Assembly (NCBI GenBank): GCA_973851085.1
Contig: OZ316775.1
Coordinates: forward strand, 19,716,001-19,780,000
Length of the DNA stretch: 64,000 bases
Source of the DNA: Ptychomitrium polyphyllum
Taxonomy: Eukaryota
Direction of reading: 5' to 3'
Of this stretch, positions 11,700 to 25,761 are shown one piece after another. The notes beneath the pieces are model-generated. The model made no database searches. It saw only the letters and a program-made list of their open reading frames with translations, and had not been told where the DNA came from. How positions within the stretch are numbered: the first letter of the stretch is position 1; each line of letters starts with the position of its first letter. The position numbers and the translations under genes are program-made.

Positions 11700-14600
11700 A
11701 GAAATCTCTTGTCACGTACACAGTAACATACTCACCTGGATGCGCGACTGAAATGATCGTAAATTTGTAGCACGAGAATTGGTCCTGGCAATGGAGGGTC
11801 TCCAGGTACCGGAAAGCCGTCTCATCCACCGCTTGTCAGGTATCTTTGACCCGCAAAATCTGCATTGCAAAGAAATTATGTGTTAGGCGAGGGTGCACTG
11901 AGGATTTTATACGATTGGTCACCGACCAGGAGCGATTTAACCGAAGAGTGAAAATTTGAGAAGAATGTCAAGCTTTCCACTTATTCCGAAGAACTGTCCG
12001 CGTTGCTACAAACTTGAATCTGGTAGGGGGTCATTGGCTTCGAAGGGGCTCAAAAGCACAAAGCCATAATTGGATATCGTTGATTGAATTCCAGATGAAA
12101 TTGCTGCACTGTCAAGAACTAATTGATCCATGCACGAACCCCACGTGACTGCACAGCATGTCACTGGGCGTAAAAATGGAACCCCACTAGAGACGCTGTC
12201 AGATGACAAGGCGGTTGCAAACCTCTTGTAGGAAACAATCTGCCATTCCAACCACCAAACTCTGCCAATTTCCTTAAAGGTGTGCCACAAATTGCGTTCA
12301 TCCATGGTAGAAAGCCACCACTGGGATTTTGGTCAAAACTACCCTACGTTACTAGTAGATGAACGCCTTGAGAAAGGGTTGGCCTCCGAGGTGTGGCCCG
12401 CTAGGCTGTTGAACCTCCTCCAGCTCGTTTCAAGCTCGCGTTCTTGCTCTTACCTCAGGACTTCAGAGGAACATTTTACCCCCGCAAGCATACTTCTAAA
12501 TTGTAAGAGTAACAAAAGGGCAGTGCATCGCAACCACGATTCCATGTCCTTGGCTGCACTCTCCAACCGGCGTTTTATGATGTCGCGTAACATGGTTTCC
12601 TTTCTTTCACTACCATAGGGAATTTCGAGTTCCGTGACTTCCGGATGAGTGCTAAGCAGCCCGAGCTTTTCAAAAGAATCCACTTCCTGTTTGGACTCGT
12701 ACATATAGTCAACAACCTTCTTGCGAGCATGCGAAATGCCCTGAGCACCCCAGTGGCGGAGTCCATCTTTGATTGGTTCCACGGTGTTTCGAACGACCCA
12801 GTGGAGCACGTCTACGTCATGAGAACGTGAGACTCCTTTCCCACAACACTTTTGAGAATCTCCACGCTGCTGATGCATGGTGTGAAGCTCTGGTAAGAAG
12901 TTTTCTCCTCTTGCAACAGCTTCCTGAGAAAAGCTCTATCTGTGCCTTGCAACTCGGGTAGGTCATGTTGAGTAATTGAATTGGTAGAAGAAGGCTAGTG
13001 CCTTAGGTGCCACTAAAACCAGACACGGAATATCCGCCTTTGGAGCGATCACTCAAATCCCACGTAGAGATCACAAGCTTTCCCTCAAACATTTTCGCCT
13101 CGATTGGAAACACAGTCGTTGCAAGCCAAAAATTGATCACTTGAAATATCCCTACGCAGAATCGGAAATTAAACTTCTGCCCGTTGCAAGATGTCATCTA
13201 GACTGACACCAGAAAGGGTGTGCAATGTATTTGGCAAGGTTTTTCAAGGGAACATCTCGCAACAATCTTTGATATTCACTTTCACGTGTTGATGATCGAT
13301 CAGCGAGTGCTTTCGGGTGCACTGATCTAGGAAAGAGTGTTCTCCAAGCAGAAGGTCCTTCTGCAACCCAATTAAGGTGCCTATGTTTAGGTTCTTTGCA
13401 CAGAAAACTCAAGATGCTCACTAGACCAAAAGACGCCTGTCATTGGGTCTATATTAAAGAGTAAGCCCATGTTGGCGGCTCTGCAGCAATTTTACCATCG
13501 TTTTTGTTGTCAAACAAGTGAACAAACTGAATTATCTCGAGACAATGGATATCTTCGTCATGAAGCACTTTAAAGCTTCGGCTACGTATATCAACTAAAT
13601 TCCAAACTGTCGTTATATCACGTACACGGCTTGACCTGATATCAAGTACAAATGGAACACGTTCAATGTCCATAAAGCCAATATTATCAAACTTCACTAG
13701 ACGAAATAAAAGGCATTTCATAGTCTCATCTGGATCCATGCGCTTGAATCTTGGCTTGAGCTGCATGTATGTGAAATTACTTGCTTTCAGGGACATGAAG
13801 CTGTGGGAGATCGCCTTTGTACTGGCTGGAGAATAGTTCCAACTCGCAACCAACACTTCGTCGTTCCGTGACAAGTAGACGGTTGTCATCCACCTAGGCA
13901 AACTTAAAGTTTGTGACAAGTAACAAATGGTCCTGTGCTACCTGCGGCTAGCTGCACCAGATATAGTCGTTGCTGAACACTCTTCCATGATCCGGATGGC
14001 CAGTAATTGTGGTGGAAGTCGAGCCACTAGACATCCATCCACGAGAAAAGAACCTCGCAAAATGTCCATCTGTAGAATCATCTCGCGTCCATTCTTGCGT
14101 TCAAAGGTAGCCTTAGAGCAGCGTTCACAGAGCAAATTATAGCGCATTCGAAGTCCAATTTGACCTTGGTTGGCATCAGACAAATGCTTTGATAAGTAAT
14201 CATTTGAGCAGCCTGAATTGGTAATCAGCTTATCCAAAGGCCCCTCCAAACGCAGGGCCGTGTTTTGTACTCAAAGAAGGTTGGAAGACACCAGCACATG
14301 TACTTGACAGTGATTCAGAGTTCGAAAAAATGCTGTCGTGGGTTCAAGCCACAATACGCAACCATGAGAAAACATCAGCTTTGCTGCTGAAGATAAATTT
14401 CAGATGATGAACATCAACATCAAATGTATGCGCTGCAATGGCCGCTACATCAATGAACTTCAGACGAATTTCTTAAATCTTCTGATTGAAGATGCCGACA
14501 ATCCCCTAAGTAGTTGTTCAATTTTCTTCAACCACCCATCAGCAACTAGACGATACGAAAGAAGAAGACCACACCCTGCCTCGTGCCAAGAAGCTTCAAG

Positions 14601-16760
14601 CATCGCCAGAATCCGAGCACTAATGGCAACAATACTCCTGAGGCCCAAATGATCGTTCTAATTCTCATTATGTATTTCCAACAAAAAAAGTACTCGCTGG
14701 ATCACGTACTCTGCCAATGGCTGTTCTTGCAGGTTCGAATTCGACTCTTGCATCCACGCGTTGGAAGATTCAACTAAGGCAAGTGGTGCACCAGTCTGCC
14801 AAAGCGCTTGTGATAAAGTTTCACAACCTGGTCGTTGAAACAGAGACAATGAAGCGTCTCAAGCACCCGGAATATATTTCTAATCTGAAGACGATGACCA
14901 GCCTGCAATGAACCAAATGCCTTAAAGTCTGCCAAATTAAGTCTTGAAGGGCACAGCACCTGCCGAGCTAACATCTCGTTCTCATTATGTGTTGTTGAAG
15001 TGATCGTCCATCGGAGACACTTATAAATACCATCTACATCGACAATGAGATATTTGCCTTCGTCCTCTAGTAAGCTGTGCTTGAACAATTATCACTTCTA
15101 GCTTCCATCAGCTGAACGTTGAATCCATTTGGCTTGATGAAGTTCTGGTCTAAGGCTGAAGGATGTAGTGAGTAGTGCGATGCCAAGAAGAGCTTGGAGA
15201 TACGGCAAGGAGAAGTTGGCTTTTTCGTATTTCTGCAGTAGAATCCAAGCCTTTTGAGGTTCGTATTTCAACCAGATCCCACGCTTCTCCTTCGACTCCA
15301 GCTGGATGCCAAATAGGTCCGGATTCAGATAGTCTAAAGCATCGCGGAGCACGTTCAATTCAACTGGGGTAAGGAGCTCATACACAACTGTAATTGTTAA
15401 TGTGCTTCTGCAGGCAATAAACGCTAATAAATGTCAGCCCTTATGTTGTTTGCTTAGATCTCCATTTAACATCCAGAGCACCAGGAAGAATTCACATGTG
15501 GAGATCCCAAAGATCATCGACGTATTCGTGCAACGCCTACCTGGTAGATTTAATAAGCTTTTCATGAATTTCACGTTGTCTAAAGACCTCCTTCAACTTC
15601 TCACGTTCCTTTTCGCCAGTAACTTCGAGAATCTCCGTCTTGATACTGTGGAGGTGGGGACTCGGGCAGGATGGTTGAGCCCGTTCCTGACACTTTAACT
15701 CCTAAGGAATATACCCAGACGAAGTTATGTCAATTCTGTTAGAATTCGTGTAATATCCCACTAAACCATAAAAGTAGGTAGACTCAGAGAACACTAATGA
15801 CCATTCCCATTTTCGTATAATTTTTTTCAGGAATTACAACTAGTTGATTGCAATCAGCCGGATATAACCAGGAAAATTTGAGATAGTAGACGGTCTCTAA
15901 ATAATAGTTGGATTTTCTACCTCGATCCATGAGATAAACGACATGGCTGTCGAACCTGCGCTTCAAAGCACACTTGTGGGTACTATGGCCGAACAGGAGG
16001 GCTTGATTTCTTACAAATATATACTGGTACAGGTCATGACTTGCATCTTGAGGCAGAATCACAATCAGCTGGAACCAACATCGTTTTGCAAATGCTCAGC
16101 TAGCTAGCTCGTCGACCATCCAAGTTTAGCGAAGATTTCATTTGACCTCGTTTAGCATCGATTATGACATCCCAGCTCGGAAAAACATCAGAGAGCTCAC
16201 CGCCAGCCTGTGTTAGCAGCAACACCGAATACTGCCAGAGTTGCCTTTGGAGACAGACTTGCTCACAGGCTCCGACTTGATTGATAGGTGAGATCAGCAT
16301 TCGTGCACTCAAGTAAAGAGAAAATGTATAGCCCGGAAGCAGTTTGTTGATCCCATTGTGTACCAGTTCCCAGCTGACAGAACCTCCCTGGATCCTTGAC
16401 CAAACTTTCATCATCCGTTCAGCCTCCTTCAGTGTGTGAAAGCGGACAATGTCTTCCGATATAACCTCAGCCGATTCTGTAACAAATTCTCCTTTAACGG
16501 CAGATTGAGGTAGTTTCCTCGGAACGAAATATTGTTCACAGCATGTTTTCTAGTGCAGTTCATTTTGACCTGAACCGCTGCATGGAATGAAATGAATGTG
16601 TTATTCGAGTAGTACCAAATAATTTGTACGGTACGGGAATTCGAACCAGACAAAATTTGAAACTGTTTGTGTAAAAGTTCAAACCATTCTGTAACAACTT
16701 GTCTAAAAGAACTCGGAACTATTCCTTGGATCATCACATGCGTAGTCAAGGTCACATGAA
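11700..16760 (-). pseudogene. Fragmented pseudogene resembling the N-terminal/central part of large DUF3638/DUF3645-type proteins known mainly from fungi
   Basis: A chain of same-strand ORF fragments in shifting frames. Motifs occur in the expected order: NEMLARQVLCPSRLNLADFKAFGSLQAGHRLQIRNIFRVLE, LSQALWQTGAP, LRSIVAISARILAML, LQMDILRGSFLVDGCLVARLP. Family recognised from memory, not by HMM. Boundaries are approximate. Confidence 0.6.
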
Positions 16761-19029
16761 ATTTCGTTGAGAGCCAGGACCAATAATTAAATTGAGGAAG
16801 TAATTTGTTATTCGTTTCAAGAAGACTTAGGAGGGACTTGAGAGAAAATAAACCTAGATTTAATTTGAGGCACGAGTAAATATCGGCTCAGAAGTTCCTT
16901 GGTCATAATCCAAGATGACAAAGGCCTCAGGAACTGGAATATTCATCAGCCACGTCAAAACGAGTATCACAGGCCATTGACAGCAAGTTATATTTCAGTA
17001 ATGATAACACATCTTGCATGAATTAAAAGATGAACAATCGCAGTGCCTACAGACTTCAAGATCGAACCTAAGAGAAGTAGGAAAAAAGAAAGAAGTTGGA
17101 GATGTAAGGCTTATTCACCTGGTTTAAATTGTAGGAATGCACCTGCCTTGACATACAAAGAGAATACTAAAACCCTCTTGTTCCTCCTCTTCGGACAACC
17201 TCCTTGAATGACTCTTAAAGCTACCTTGGACAGAAGTCCTTGGGCATCCACCTTTCATCTGCAACAGGAAATAACTCATCAGCAGCGTGAACAACGTGTT
17301 GGGCTTTATTGCTTCTAAAAACCACCACTAATGAAAAATACAACTACGCCTCAAGGCCGAGCCTACGACCACAAACCTGAAGGGTAGCACCAATTTCAGG
17401 TGAACGTCATGCTTGTCAAATGCTCCCTCGTTTTCCTACAATGAACCAACGATTCACACAATCACAAGAGTCAAAAACGATTACCAAAACAGCAATTTTA
17501 TTCCTCTAATAACTCAAAGCATGTGGGCAGATAAACATCACAAATCTTCATTACTTGCACAATATCCCAGCTGCATTTGAGGGAAAAGTTGTTGGTTGCA
17601 GCTGGCGATCAAAAATTTCATTGAGTTATCAAACTTGGCCCACAGCAGGCACTTCACTCTAAAAATCGTGAGAACCAAATGCATTTAACTGAGTCAAGAG
17701 AACGAATCACTGGGTGCTCGAGGGATTGATCTGGAGTATCTCTGCCCGTGTAATTTAGTAGTATGCTGTGTTCTTTAGCTCAAATCAATCACGATCCGCA
17801 CACATGTGGTTTGTAGATTTCAATAATATCAATAATCACGTAGGAGCTTGTTGGTGAAGCTGAAAATGAAAGAAGCAATGCACCTCCTGAGCATTTAACC
17901 TTGCTCTTCCTTTTAAGTTCCTGCATGTCGGCTCCATACCTGAGTTACAAGTTTGGTAAGAAGTTTTCTCTCTAGTTTCAAATAGGAACCACGATCCGAT
18001 CAAATCGAAAATTTACAGTACATTACTGCATGGGGATCATCAGAGAACATCACTCTTGCAATCCTCACAATAGCATAGAACACATTGCAACTGTGTTGAG
18101 AATGTACCTCTCAAACCATCTCATAACAAGCTGAGCCACCACACAAACTGGCGAACCAAGCTTTTCCAAAACAGGAACTATAGAAAAAGCAACTCTACAC
18201 ACTAGACCACGCTGCTGTACACATTCACCAAATCAGCTATTGAAAGGCGATTATATTCAAGATATTGTTTGTTTATACTATGCACCGAGCAAAAGACTTG
18301 AGCCAGCCAACGCACGATGAGATTGTCACTGCTCTCTAAAGCATTATACTCTGGTCAGTTCTCACACCTACAACAAACCTCTCTATCAACATCAGAATTG
18401 CCACTACGGTTTAGGGCTCCTCCGCAGTGAAACCTTAATAGTATCCGAAGCATTACCGACTCACATGGAGCTCCTTGGCACATGAAGTGGGTGAACCTGC
18501 GTGACGATACAGGCAGGGATCAATAGTTTCTGACTCTCGTCGAGCAAACGTTTGCAAACTCGTAGGAGAATGTTCAGTCGAAAACGGGTGACGATCAGTT
18601 GAAACTGAAACAACTAGACCTATCCTATATCATTAACTCAAATGCAAGTAGTTCGATGAAACCACAGCGTAACATTTATGTACAATTCTTTCGCTTCGTA
18701 CATAATATAAGATTGATCAAAATGAAAAACACCTCGTCTCAGACATAAAAGCTTCAGCTTCATCTACTTGCCATCCAGTTCTTGACTTGTATCCCTCTCG
18801 CAGGCTTCCTGCCAAGGCATACCTCGAAATGAAGATCGTGAATGGCGTAGATGATAGTTCAGCGTAGGACGATTGAGAACTCCAGAGTTTGAACAATGAG
18901 TTCAGGAATTCTTCAACAGCCAACTGAGACGCAAGCGTAGCGAAAGCTCTCTCGAATTCACAATGCTAGAAGATGATCCAAAGAGCGGAGCATGCTAAAA
19001 AACTCCTCCCCTCGGAATCGAAAAATATT

Positions 19030-19818
19030 TCAGCGCTTCCCTGCTTTCTTCTTCCCCTTTGTTACCTCTGGCGCTTCCTCATCATCTCTAGCAGCTCGGA
19101 AAATATGGACGACGAATCTGCGGCGCGTCACAAGCTCAAAGATGCAGCAATCGCCATCTCTGAGCTCATTGTCAATGGAGAAGCTACGCCAACCGCCACT
19201 CAACCCATTCTTATAGGCAAGATAAACGCACTCCCACTCCATGCCATTGGTCTCCAGCATCAGCTTCTCGTCCTCGGCCGGAAGGTGACTTTTACAAAAC
19301 GTATTCTGGAGACCCATCCAAAACCCACCGGTGGTATGCGAGCTGAGCAGCGGCTTGATGAACGCCGGATGGCGAATGTCCTTGAAAACCTCCTCCGCTG
19401 CGTCAATGGCCGCCATCCGATGCTTGTCGTTAAGATACTGCTTCTGCAGTCCATGCCTGGTCTCCAGCTTCTCCCCCTTCTCGCCCCTTTGGACCGGAGC
19501 CTCGCTGTACTTCACAGCCGGCTTCGCTGCAACGCGAGACGATCGTCGCGCTGCCAAGTTTTGCTCCTCCGAGGGATTCTTCCGCTTCACGGACCTCTTG
19601 GCCGAGGTTTCCCCCTTGCTCCCGTACAAACTCTTGGCCAACTCCGGCAACCCCAACTCGCCTAGCTTCTTCTTGTTCTCTTCCACTCGATGCTGCCGTA
19701 TCTCCTCATATGTCATCGCCTTCTCCTCCTCTTGCCCCCCCTCTTCGCTCTCCATCTCCACTGCTCTCACCTCCATCTTCACATCTCTCTCCATCTTCAT
19801 CTTCACTTCTACCGCCAT
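19030..19818 (-). CDS. B3 DNA-binding domain protein (REM-type, At3g19184/At5g42700-like), 262 aa, single coding exon
   Basis: N-terminal YEEIRQHRVEENKKKLGELGL and RRSSRV motifs. B3 domain PAFIKPLLSSHTTGGFWMGL...GLSGGWRSFSIDNELRDGDCCIFELV. Basic C-terminal KGKKKAGKR. Confidence 0.93.
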   Translation of the reverse strand: MAVEVKMKMERDVKMEVRAVEMESEEGGQEEEKAMTYEEIRQHRVEENKKKLGELGLPELAKSLYGSKGETSAKRSVKRKNPSEEQNLAARRSSRVAAKPAVKYSEAPVQRGEKGEKLETRHGLQKQYLNDKHRMAAIDAAEEVFKDIRHPAFIKPLLSSHTTGGFWMGLQNTFCKSHLPAEDEKLMLETNGMEWECVYLAYKNGLSGGWRSFSIDNELRDGDCCIFELVTRRRFVVHIFRAARDDEEAPEVTKGKKKAGKR

Positions 19819-20723
19819 CTCTACTCAGTTCCTTTCTAACTGCAACGTCAAGCTTAGAAAAAAACCTACACTCAATAGGCCAGGTCAAGAGGCTGTACAC
19901 CCCAGGCTCTTGGCTCTGTGCACAAATGCCACAAGAATCAAAGTCTGAGCCTTGACGGAGTTGGTTGTGGGTGGGCAGCGTGAGCTATGGCGGGAGCACC
20001 GAGTTCAAACAAAGGGAGAAACGAAATGGACGGATGATGAAAATCGTTCGTCCTCGGTGACGAAAATCGTAGATATCTTAGCGAGGCTGCACCGAATCTC
20101 TGTAGCCCCAAAGGCAGAGCGATGTCCGGGCGAAGTTATCCGAAGCCAAATCCTCGCCATGCAATTCAGCGACACTCTTGCACCGGAGGAGTCGCAGGAT
20201 GGACGATTGAGCTGGGTACGATAAAGGGAGAAAGACCAACTCACGCTCTGCCTCCACTTTCTGGGACGTCTTGTGAGTGGTTACAAAGCGGAGATTCATG
20301 TTGAGTGATTGCTCTTGTGGTGAACTAGCAGACACGGTAGGAGCAAGGATTCCAGATATTCTCTCGCCCGGCACCCTCTTCAGAGTGGGGGATACAGTTG
20401 CGAGTGGCCTAGTCTAGATATTTTCCGTTTGGGTGTACAACCCTGAATCATTGAGCTCCATTTCGAGGGATTCGATTGAATTGCTGTAGTACCTCACTTG
20501 TTTGAAGTTCGAGATTTTGATGTAGTGGTGAGCTGGAGAATGCGACACAGAGTAAAGACGAGGTATTTGAGAGTCTGCGAGCTTCAAGGCTTGGTTTTTG
20601 GTCCCTGCTTTTGGTGATGGGGTGTGAGAGCAGGAAGTTGGCGAAGTCCTAGTGGATGAAGCGACGGAAGAGGGTTAAGTGGATTTGGACTACAGCACGG
20701 GGAATGTTGTGAAGGTTGGGGAG

Positions 20724-23700
20724 ATGTGTGCACAACCGTCGCTGCCGGTTGTGCCGGACAACTCTGCAGCCTCCTGCGGCGATGACGGTGGCAGGAGCGA
20801 CGACCCCAAGGGTCGCAAGGAACCTGATGTTGGGTTAGGTCTGAGGAAACCTGGTGTAGTGTTGTGTCCTCGCCCTCCTCCGAAAAAACCTGATCAAAAG
20901 GTTTGCTTTTCCTTTCTTTTGGCAGCGCCCATCACTTCTTAATGCTGCATTTGGAGCAAACATTTCGTTGAGTTTGTTTGGAGAGTTGTCACCCTACTTG
21001 TATACTTATCAGTTATGGTAGCCACTGTTGTATCGTTTACAATAGGTTGTGTGATTGAGCACATTCATTGTGAGTAAGCATATGGCCTTGGTATATGATG
21101 TTGTGATGGCAATTCTCTAGGGAACGACAACACGTTGACCGAGGAGATGGTTTTGTGTGTCTTCAATAGTTGTAAGGTTTCACAGAAGCTGTGATATTAT
21201 TGTGAGGATTAACGATAATACTTCGTAGAAGCATGGGACAACATCGCCCTCGCCTATTTGATCTCCTTACAGCGACATGCGTATTGATCTCCTGTACATT
21301 GACGTCGATATTTTTCTTCTTTATTTATACTAGATTCGATGCACCAAATGTGGGAGCAAGTCGCATTCGACCTTGAAGTGTGTCAACAATGTGCGGAAGT
21401 GTGCTCGGTGTTCGGATGTGAGCAACTCCCAACAATGTCAAATTGTTGTTATGCGGACACGCTTGATGAAAACGTTTCGCAACAGGTGACCCTTCTTATC
21501 ACGGTTCTCTGTGCTGAAAATTTGTACTGTTGTCTTTGCTGACTATCTGCCAGAAGGTTCGAGACATGTTTACGTCTGATTGAAATTTTAGGGATATACA
21601 AGAGAGCAGCCTTTCTCTTTTCTTTGAATTATCTATGTACTACCGAACTTTGAGTTGTATCCGCTGAAGGTTTGAGCATTTTCCGGAATCTTAGATGGGA
21701 GATAAATTCGAGACATAAGGAAAATCAATGGTACAAGGATTAGGGACGATCAGTTTGGAGAGGTCGAGAAAAGAACCTAATTCTAAACTCCTTCAACATT
21801 AGTGCATCAATTGTACTGTGATGTTCTAGATTCTGGGTACTGCTTAGAGTCACGTCATTCTCTGTAGTATCACAGATTCACCAATATAAGTCGTACAGTA
21901 GTTTCTGAACAAGTGCGTAGTTCATTCGTTGGCAGACATTACTGACTTACAATGAAACCATCTTCACATAATGTCACGTGGCAAACTAAATAGACTTGAG
22001 CAGTAATTATCACAAAGGACGGATAGATGTGTTGCCTAGGAACGTGTGTTTGCTTACATTACAAGAACTCATGGTAAATTTATCTGTTTTCTGGTGTTCG
22101 GGTCTTTCATTTTAGCGCTCATATCTCCGTGATATTGTTCTCTTGTCGATGAGCAGGGGTGACCATCGGCAAGTTCAGTCGACTCTTCTAAGCTTGAGGA
22201 GAGATGGGCATCGTCCCGCAAAAGAATCTTACACTTTGTTGTTAAGTAGTCTTATTGCTACTGGGAGAATAGGGGAAGGGCCATTCTTGCTTCAGCAAAT
22301 GGAGGAAGACAATGTCGTTCCAGATCCTATCTTCTTCAACACATTACTCAATGGTTACTGCGAGGCTGGGAAAATGAAAGAAGCAGAGGCGCTCATACTT
22401 GAGATGAAGAATAGAGAATGTCCATTGACGACGAGCACTTATAACACGCTAATCAAGGGGTACGGGCTGGTCGAGCAGCCGGAAGAGGCCATGAAACTAC
22501 TGCAGGAGATGGGGAAAACCGACACTTCAAAGGCCAATGACCGGACATTCAACATGCTTATAAAAGTGTGGGCGCAGCATAAGGACCCAGAGAAGGCTCG
22601 GCATGTAATTTTGCTCATGCGGGCTGCCGGTGTTGGCCCTGATGTTGTTTCTTTCAACACACTGGCTCAGGTCTCTTCCCTTCCATCCCTCGAACTATCT
22701 TTAATACACTTTAATGAGAGATATCAGTGTTAGTATTCTCTACAGAATCAAATTTTAGCATATAACACTATACTTTTCTTAAGCCTATACTTTTTGTTGT
22801 AGCACCACTTTTCAAACTGGGGAATTCTGAAGAGATGAGTAACTAGAGTTTTCCATTTCATTGTTTGCTCAGCTTTTTGCAAAACTTGGCAAGCCTAGGG
22901 ACGCCGAGAAGGTAATTGTGGAGATGCAAAACGCGTACCTTCGACCGAATGGGCGAACGTATGGCATCATCATCAATGGGTTCATTGCAGCTGGTCTGAT
23001 TGAAGAGGCTTTACCTTTACTTGAGCGCATGAAAATGGAAGGGATTCCACCAACTGTAGCGGTGTTTAATCACTTAATCAAGGGGTATGCTGAAGCCATG
23101 CAACCGGAGGGAATTGACAAGGTTTGCATTCTTTACAGTGTGCTTACCATAATTAGTCCACGTCAGACCTTTGTTTCTGTAACTATTTCATTCTCGTTTT
23201 AGACATGGATAATTTATTGATTTTGTTCTCTTTTACTAATATTCTATGGCTGTTTTCAAATTACTACCCCTTTTTCACCTCACTGTGATACCCTCCAGGT
23301 GTTTGAGTTGATGAAAACGTCTGGAGTGAAGCCGGACGTCCAGACATTTGGCCTAATCATGAATGCTTGGTGCAATACTGGCTTCATTGATGAGGCTAAA
23401 ACTGCCCTATTTAGAATGAAGGAGTATGATCTTCAACCGGACGTTATGGCGTACTCAATTCTCGCTAAAGGCTATTCTCGCCAAGGAAGACCTGAAGAGG
23501 GGGAAGCTCTCCTTAAGACCATGATTGACCACAGCCTTAATCCAAACGTGATCACGTATACAACAGTGATTAGCGGCTACTGCAGTTTGGCCCAAATGGA
23601 CGATGCCATGAGAGTGTTTTGGGAAATGCGTTCTCGGTGCGTTCCCCCGAACATGCAGACGTTCCGGACACTCATATGGGGGTTTAAGGAGGCACGCTGG

Positions 23701-24333
23701 CCTCGGCGTGCCGAAGAGATATTGGACTACATCAGGAAAGCCGGGTTTACTCCCGATTCGGAATGTATTGAGCTGGTTGCCGATTGTTGGAGGTCAATTG
23801 GTGTGCATAAGGAGGCCGAGCGTGTCTTGACGGGTATTAGATCGAAGGACGATGATGATGCGCGTGGCACAACTAGCGAAACCAGCAGACCTGACAGTCT
23901 GACCGCGAAGAAAAATGTCACGGAAACTGGAGCAAGCTGTAGCTCATCTGTCGACACCTCTGTGAATTTATGCAAGCTTGAATCATCTTTGAAATTAGGA
24001 TATGGGAGTTTTATTACTCACGACTTATCATCTCGGCGTGGTCATGCCTCATCTTTACAATTTTCTGTAGCATGGATTTGGACAGGGAGTGGGAGCCCCG
24101 TAAGGATATTAGGGCGTACTAGTTCTGTTTCTCATAGTACGATGCGTTGGCGCAGTCAGGTAAGCTGGAAATTAGGTCAGATTGCACCTGCTAGAGGGGG
24201 GCTTACAAGGCTAGAGCGATGCGGCCCACTGAATACAAGCCTCTGTAGTAGAATTCTTGGAAGGATGTCTAGAGTGGTCTGTCAGGTTGTGCAACAACCT
24301 GCACTTCGGCTTCCAACTCTGCAAGCATTGTAA
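20724..24333 (+). CDS. P-class pentatricopeptide repeat protein (At5g25630/At5g21222-like), about 708 aa, 5 exons
   Basis: Exons 20724-20900, 21334-21485, 22157-22670, 22873-23121 and 23299-24333 join in frame with GT-AG introns. Repeated 35-aa PPR motifs such as PDPIFFNTLLNGYCEAGKMKEA and PNVITYTTVISGYCSLAQMDDA. Exons 1-2 are less certain. Confidence 0.88.
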
Positions 24334-25554
24334 TTTTAACGTCACTTGTATTCTGTCACGATGGCAACATCGTAAAATAGAATTTGAAAGAATTTCACAT
24401 TCTATTGCCTTGCTAGTTCATTGTTAGTGTGTCATATTTGAATGTGTTAAAATGCTGCTTGTTAGCTCCACTGACCCTAATGCGATAGCTAGCAATGGTA
24501 TGTCGAGTAATTGGTCCAAAGTAAATGAAAGGGCTTTAAGGTTGTATGCATTCTATGCTTGAATCGTTTCTGTGCAGGCTGACTGTATCTTTCTGAATAT
24601 CGACTTCCTTATTTCCTTGCTTTTGTTCCAGTTGACGCAGAAGACTTAGTTGCCACAGCTAACCCATGCACTTACACACACCGTGTGTGATGTCCAATTC
24701 ATGCAGCTCTGAAAGTAAATGAAGTCAATTACAACAGTCTCTCCTGTTGCTGACCTCTAACATTAAATCCATCCGGGCTGGGAGGTCCTGCAGCAGTCCC
24801 GCTGAGGAAGGCTGTACACTTGATTTTTCCATTTTTGTGGTGTTATTTGATACCATACTTGTGAAGATATGTTATATTTGTTAAAATTTTGTAACCATTT
24901 TTTCCAATTAATTTTTTTTTTAAAAAGTTAATTAAAGTTTTTTTTAAACTTCTCCTTTACAATTAAATTTGAGGTCCAATTTTCTAATAAAAATTTTAAG
25001 TTATGTTAATTTTTTGTTCTTTAATGCCGAATTTTATGAAACAAGTATGTTTGAAACATTAAATAAATATTTTCTTGATTAAATATATATGAGTATTCAT
25101 AATTAATTTTATCTTTTTTAAAATCAACTTGAGAAGTTTTTATGAACTAAATATTTTTCCATTTTTAATAAAAATTAAATTTTTTTTAATTTTATTGTTA
25201 AATTCATATTAAAACGAATAAAAGAAAAAAAAATTAAAACTATTTATTATATTAAATTTTATTTTTATTAAATAAGACCATTTTTTGTTTTTTTATTTTT
25301 ATTTTTTTAACATTTTTATATTTAAATTTTATTTTTTTAAATTTTGTTGAAAGGAATTTTCTCTTTAGTTTTTAATTTATTAGAAAATGCAACACCAAAG
25401 ATTTGAGACCCAAAAAGATTAGCTGTAACCATCGAATAAGTTTCTTCAGATTGAGTTGGATTAAAAGCACGGAATGTATTTGCACCGTCACCATCTTCAA
25501 ATAACGTATTTTCGACAGTTGCACCATGAATTGCACATAAAAGAGCAGCTCCTA

Positions 25555-25761
<207 letters not shown>

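Noticed and set aside
18973..19948. Long plus-strand ORFs (230 and 205 aa) overlapping the B3 gene
   Set aside because: Antisense shadows of a GC-rich CDS with no recognisable motifs.
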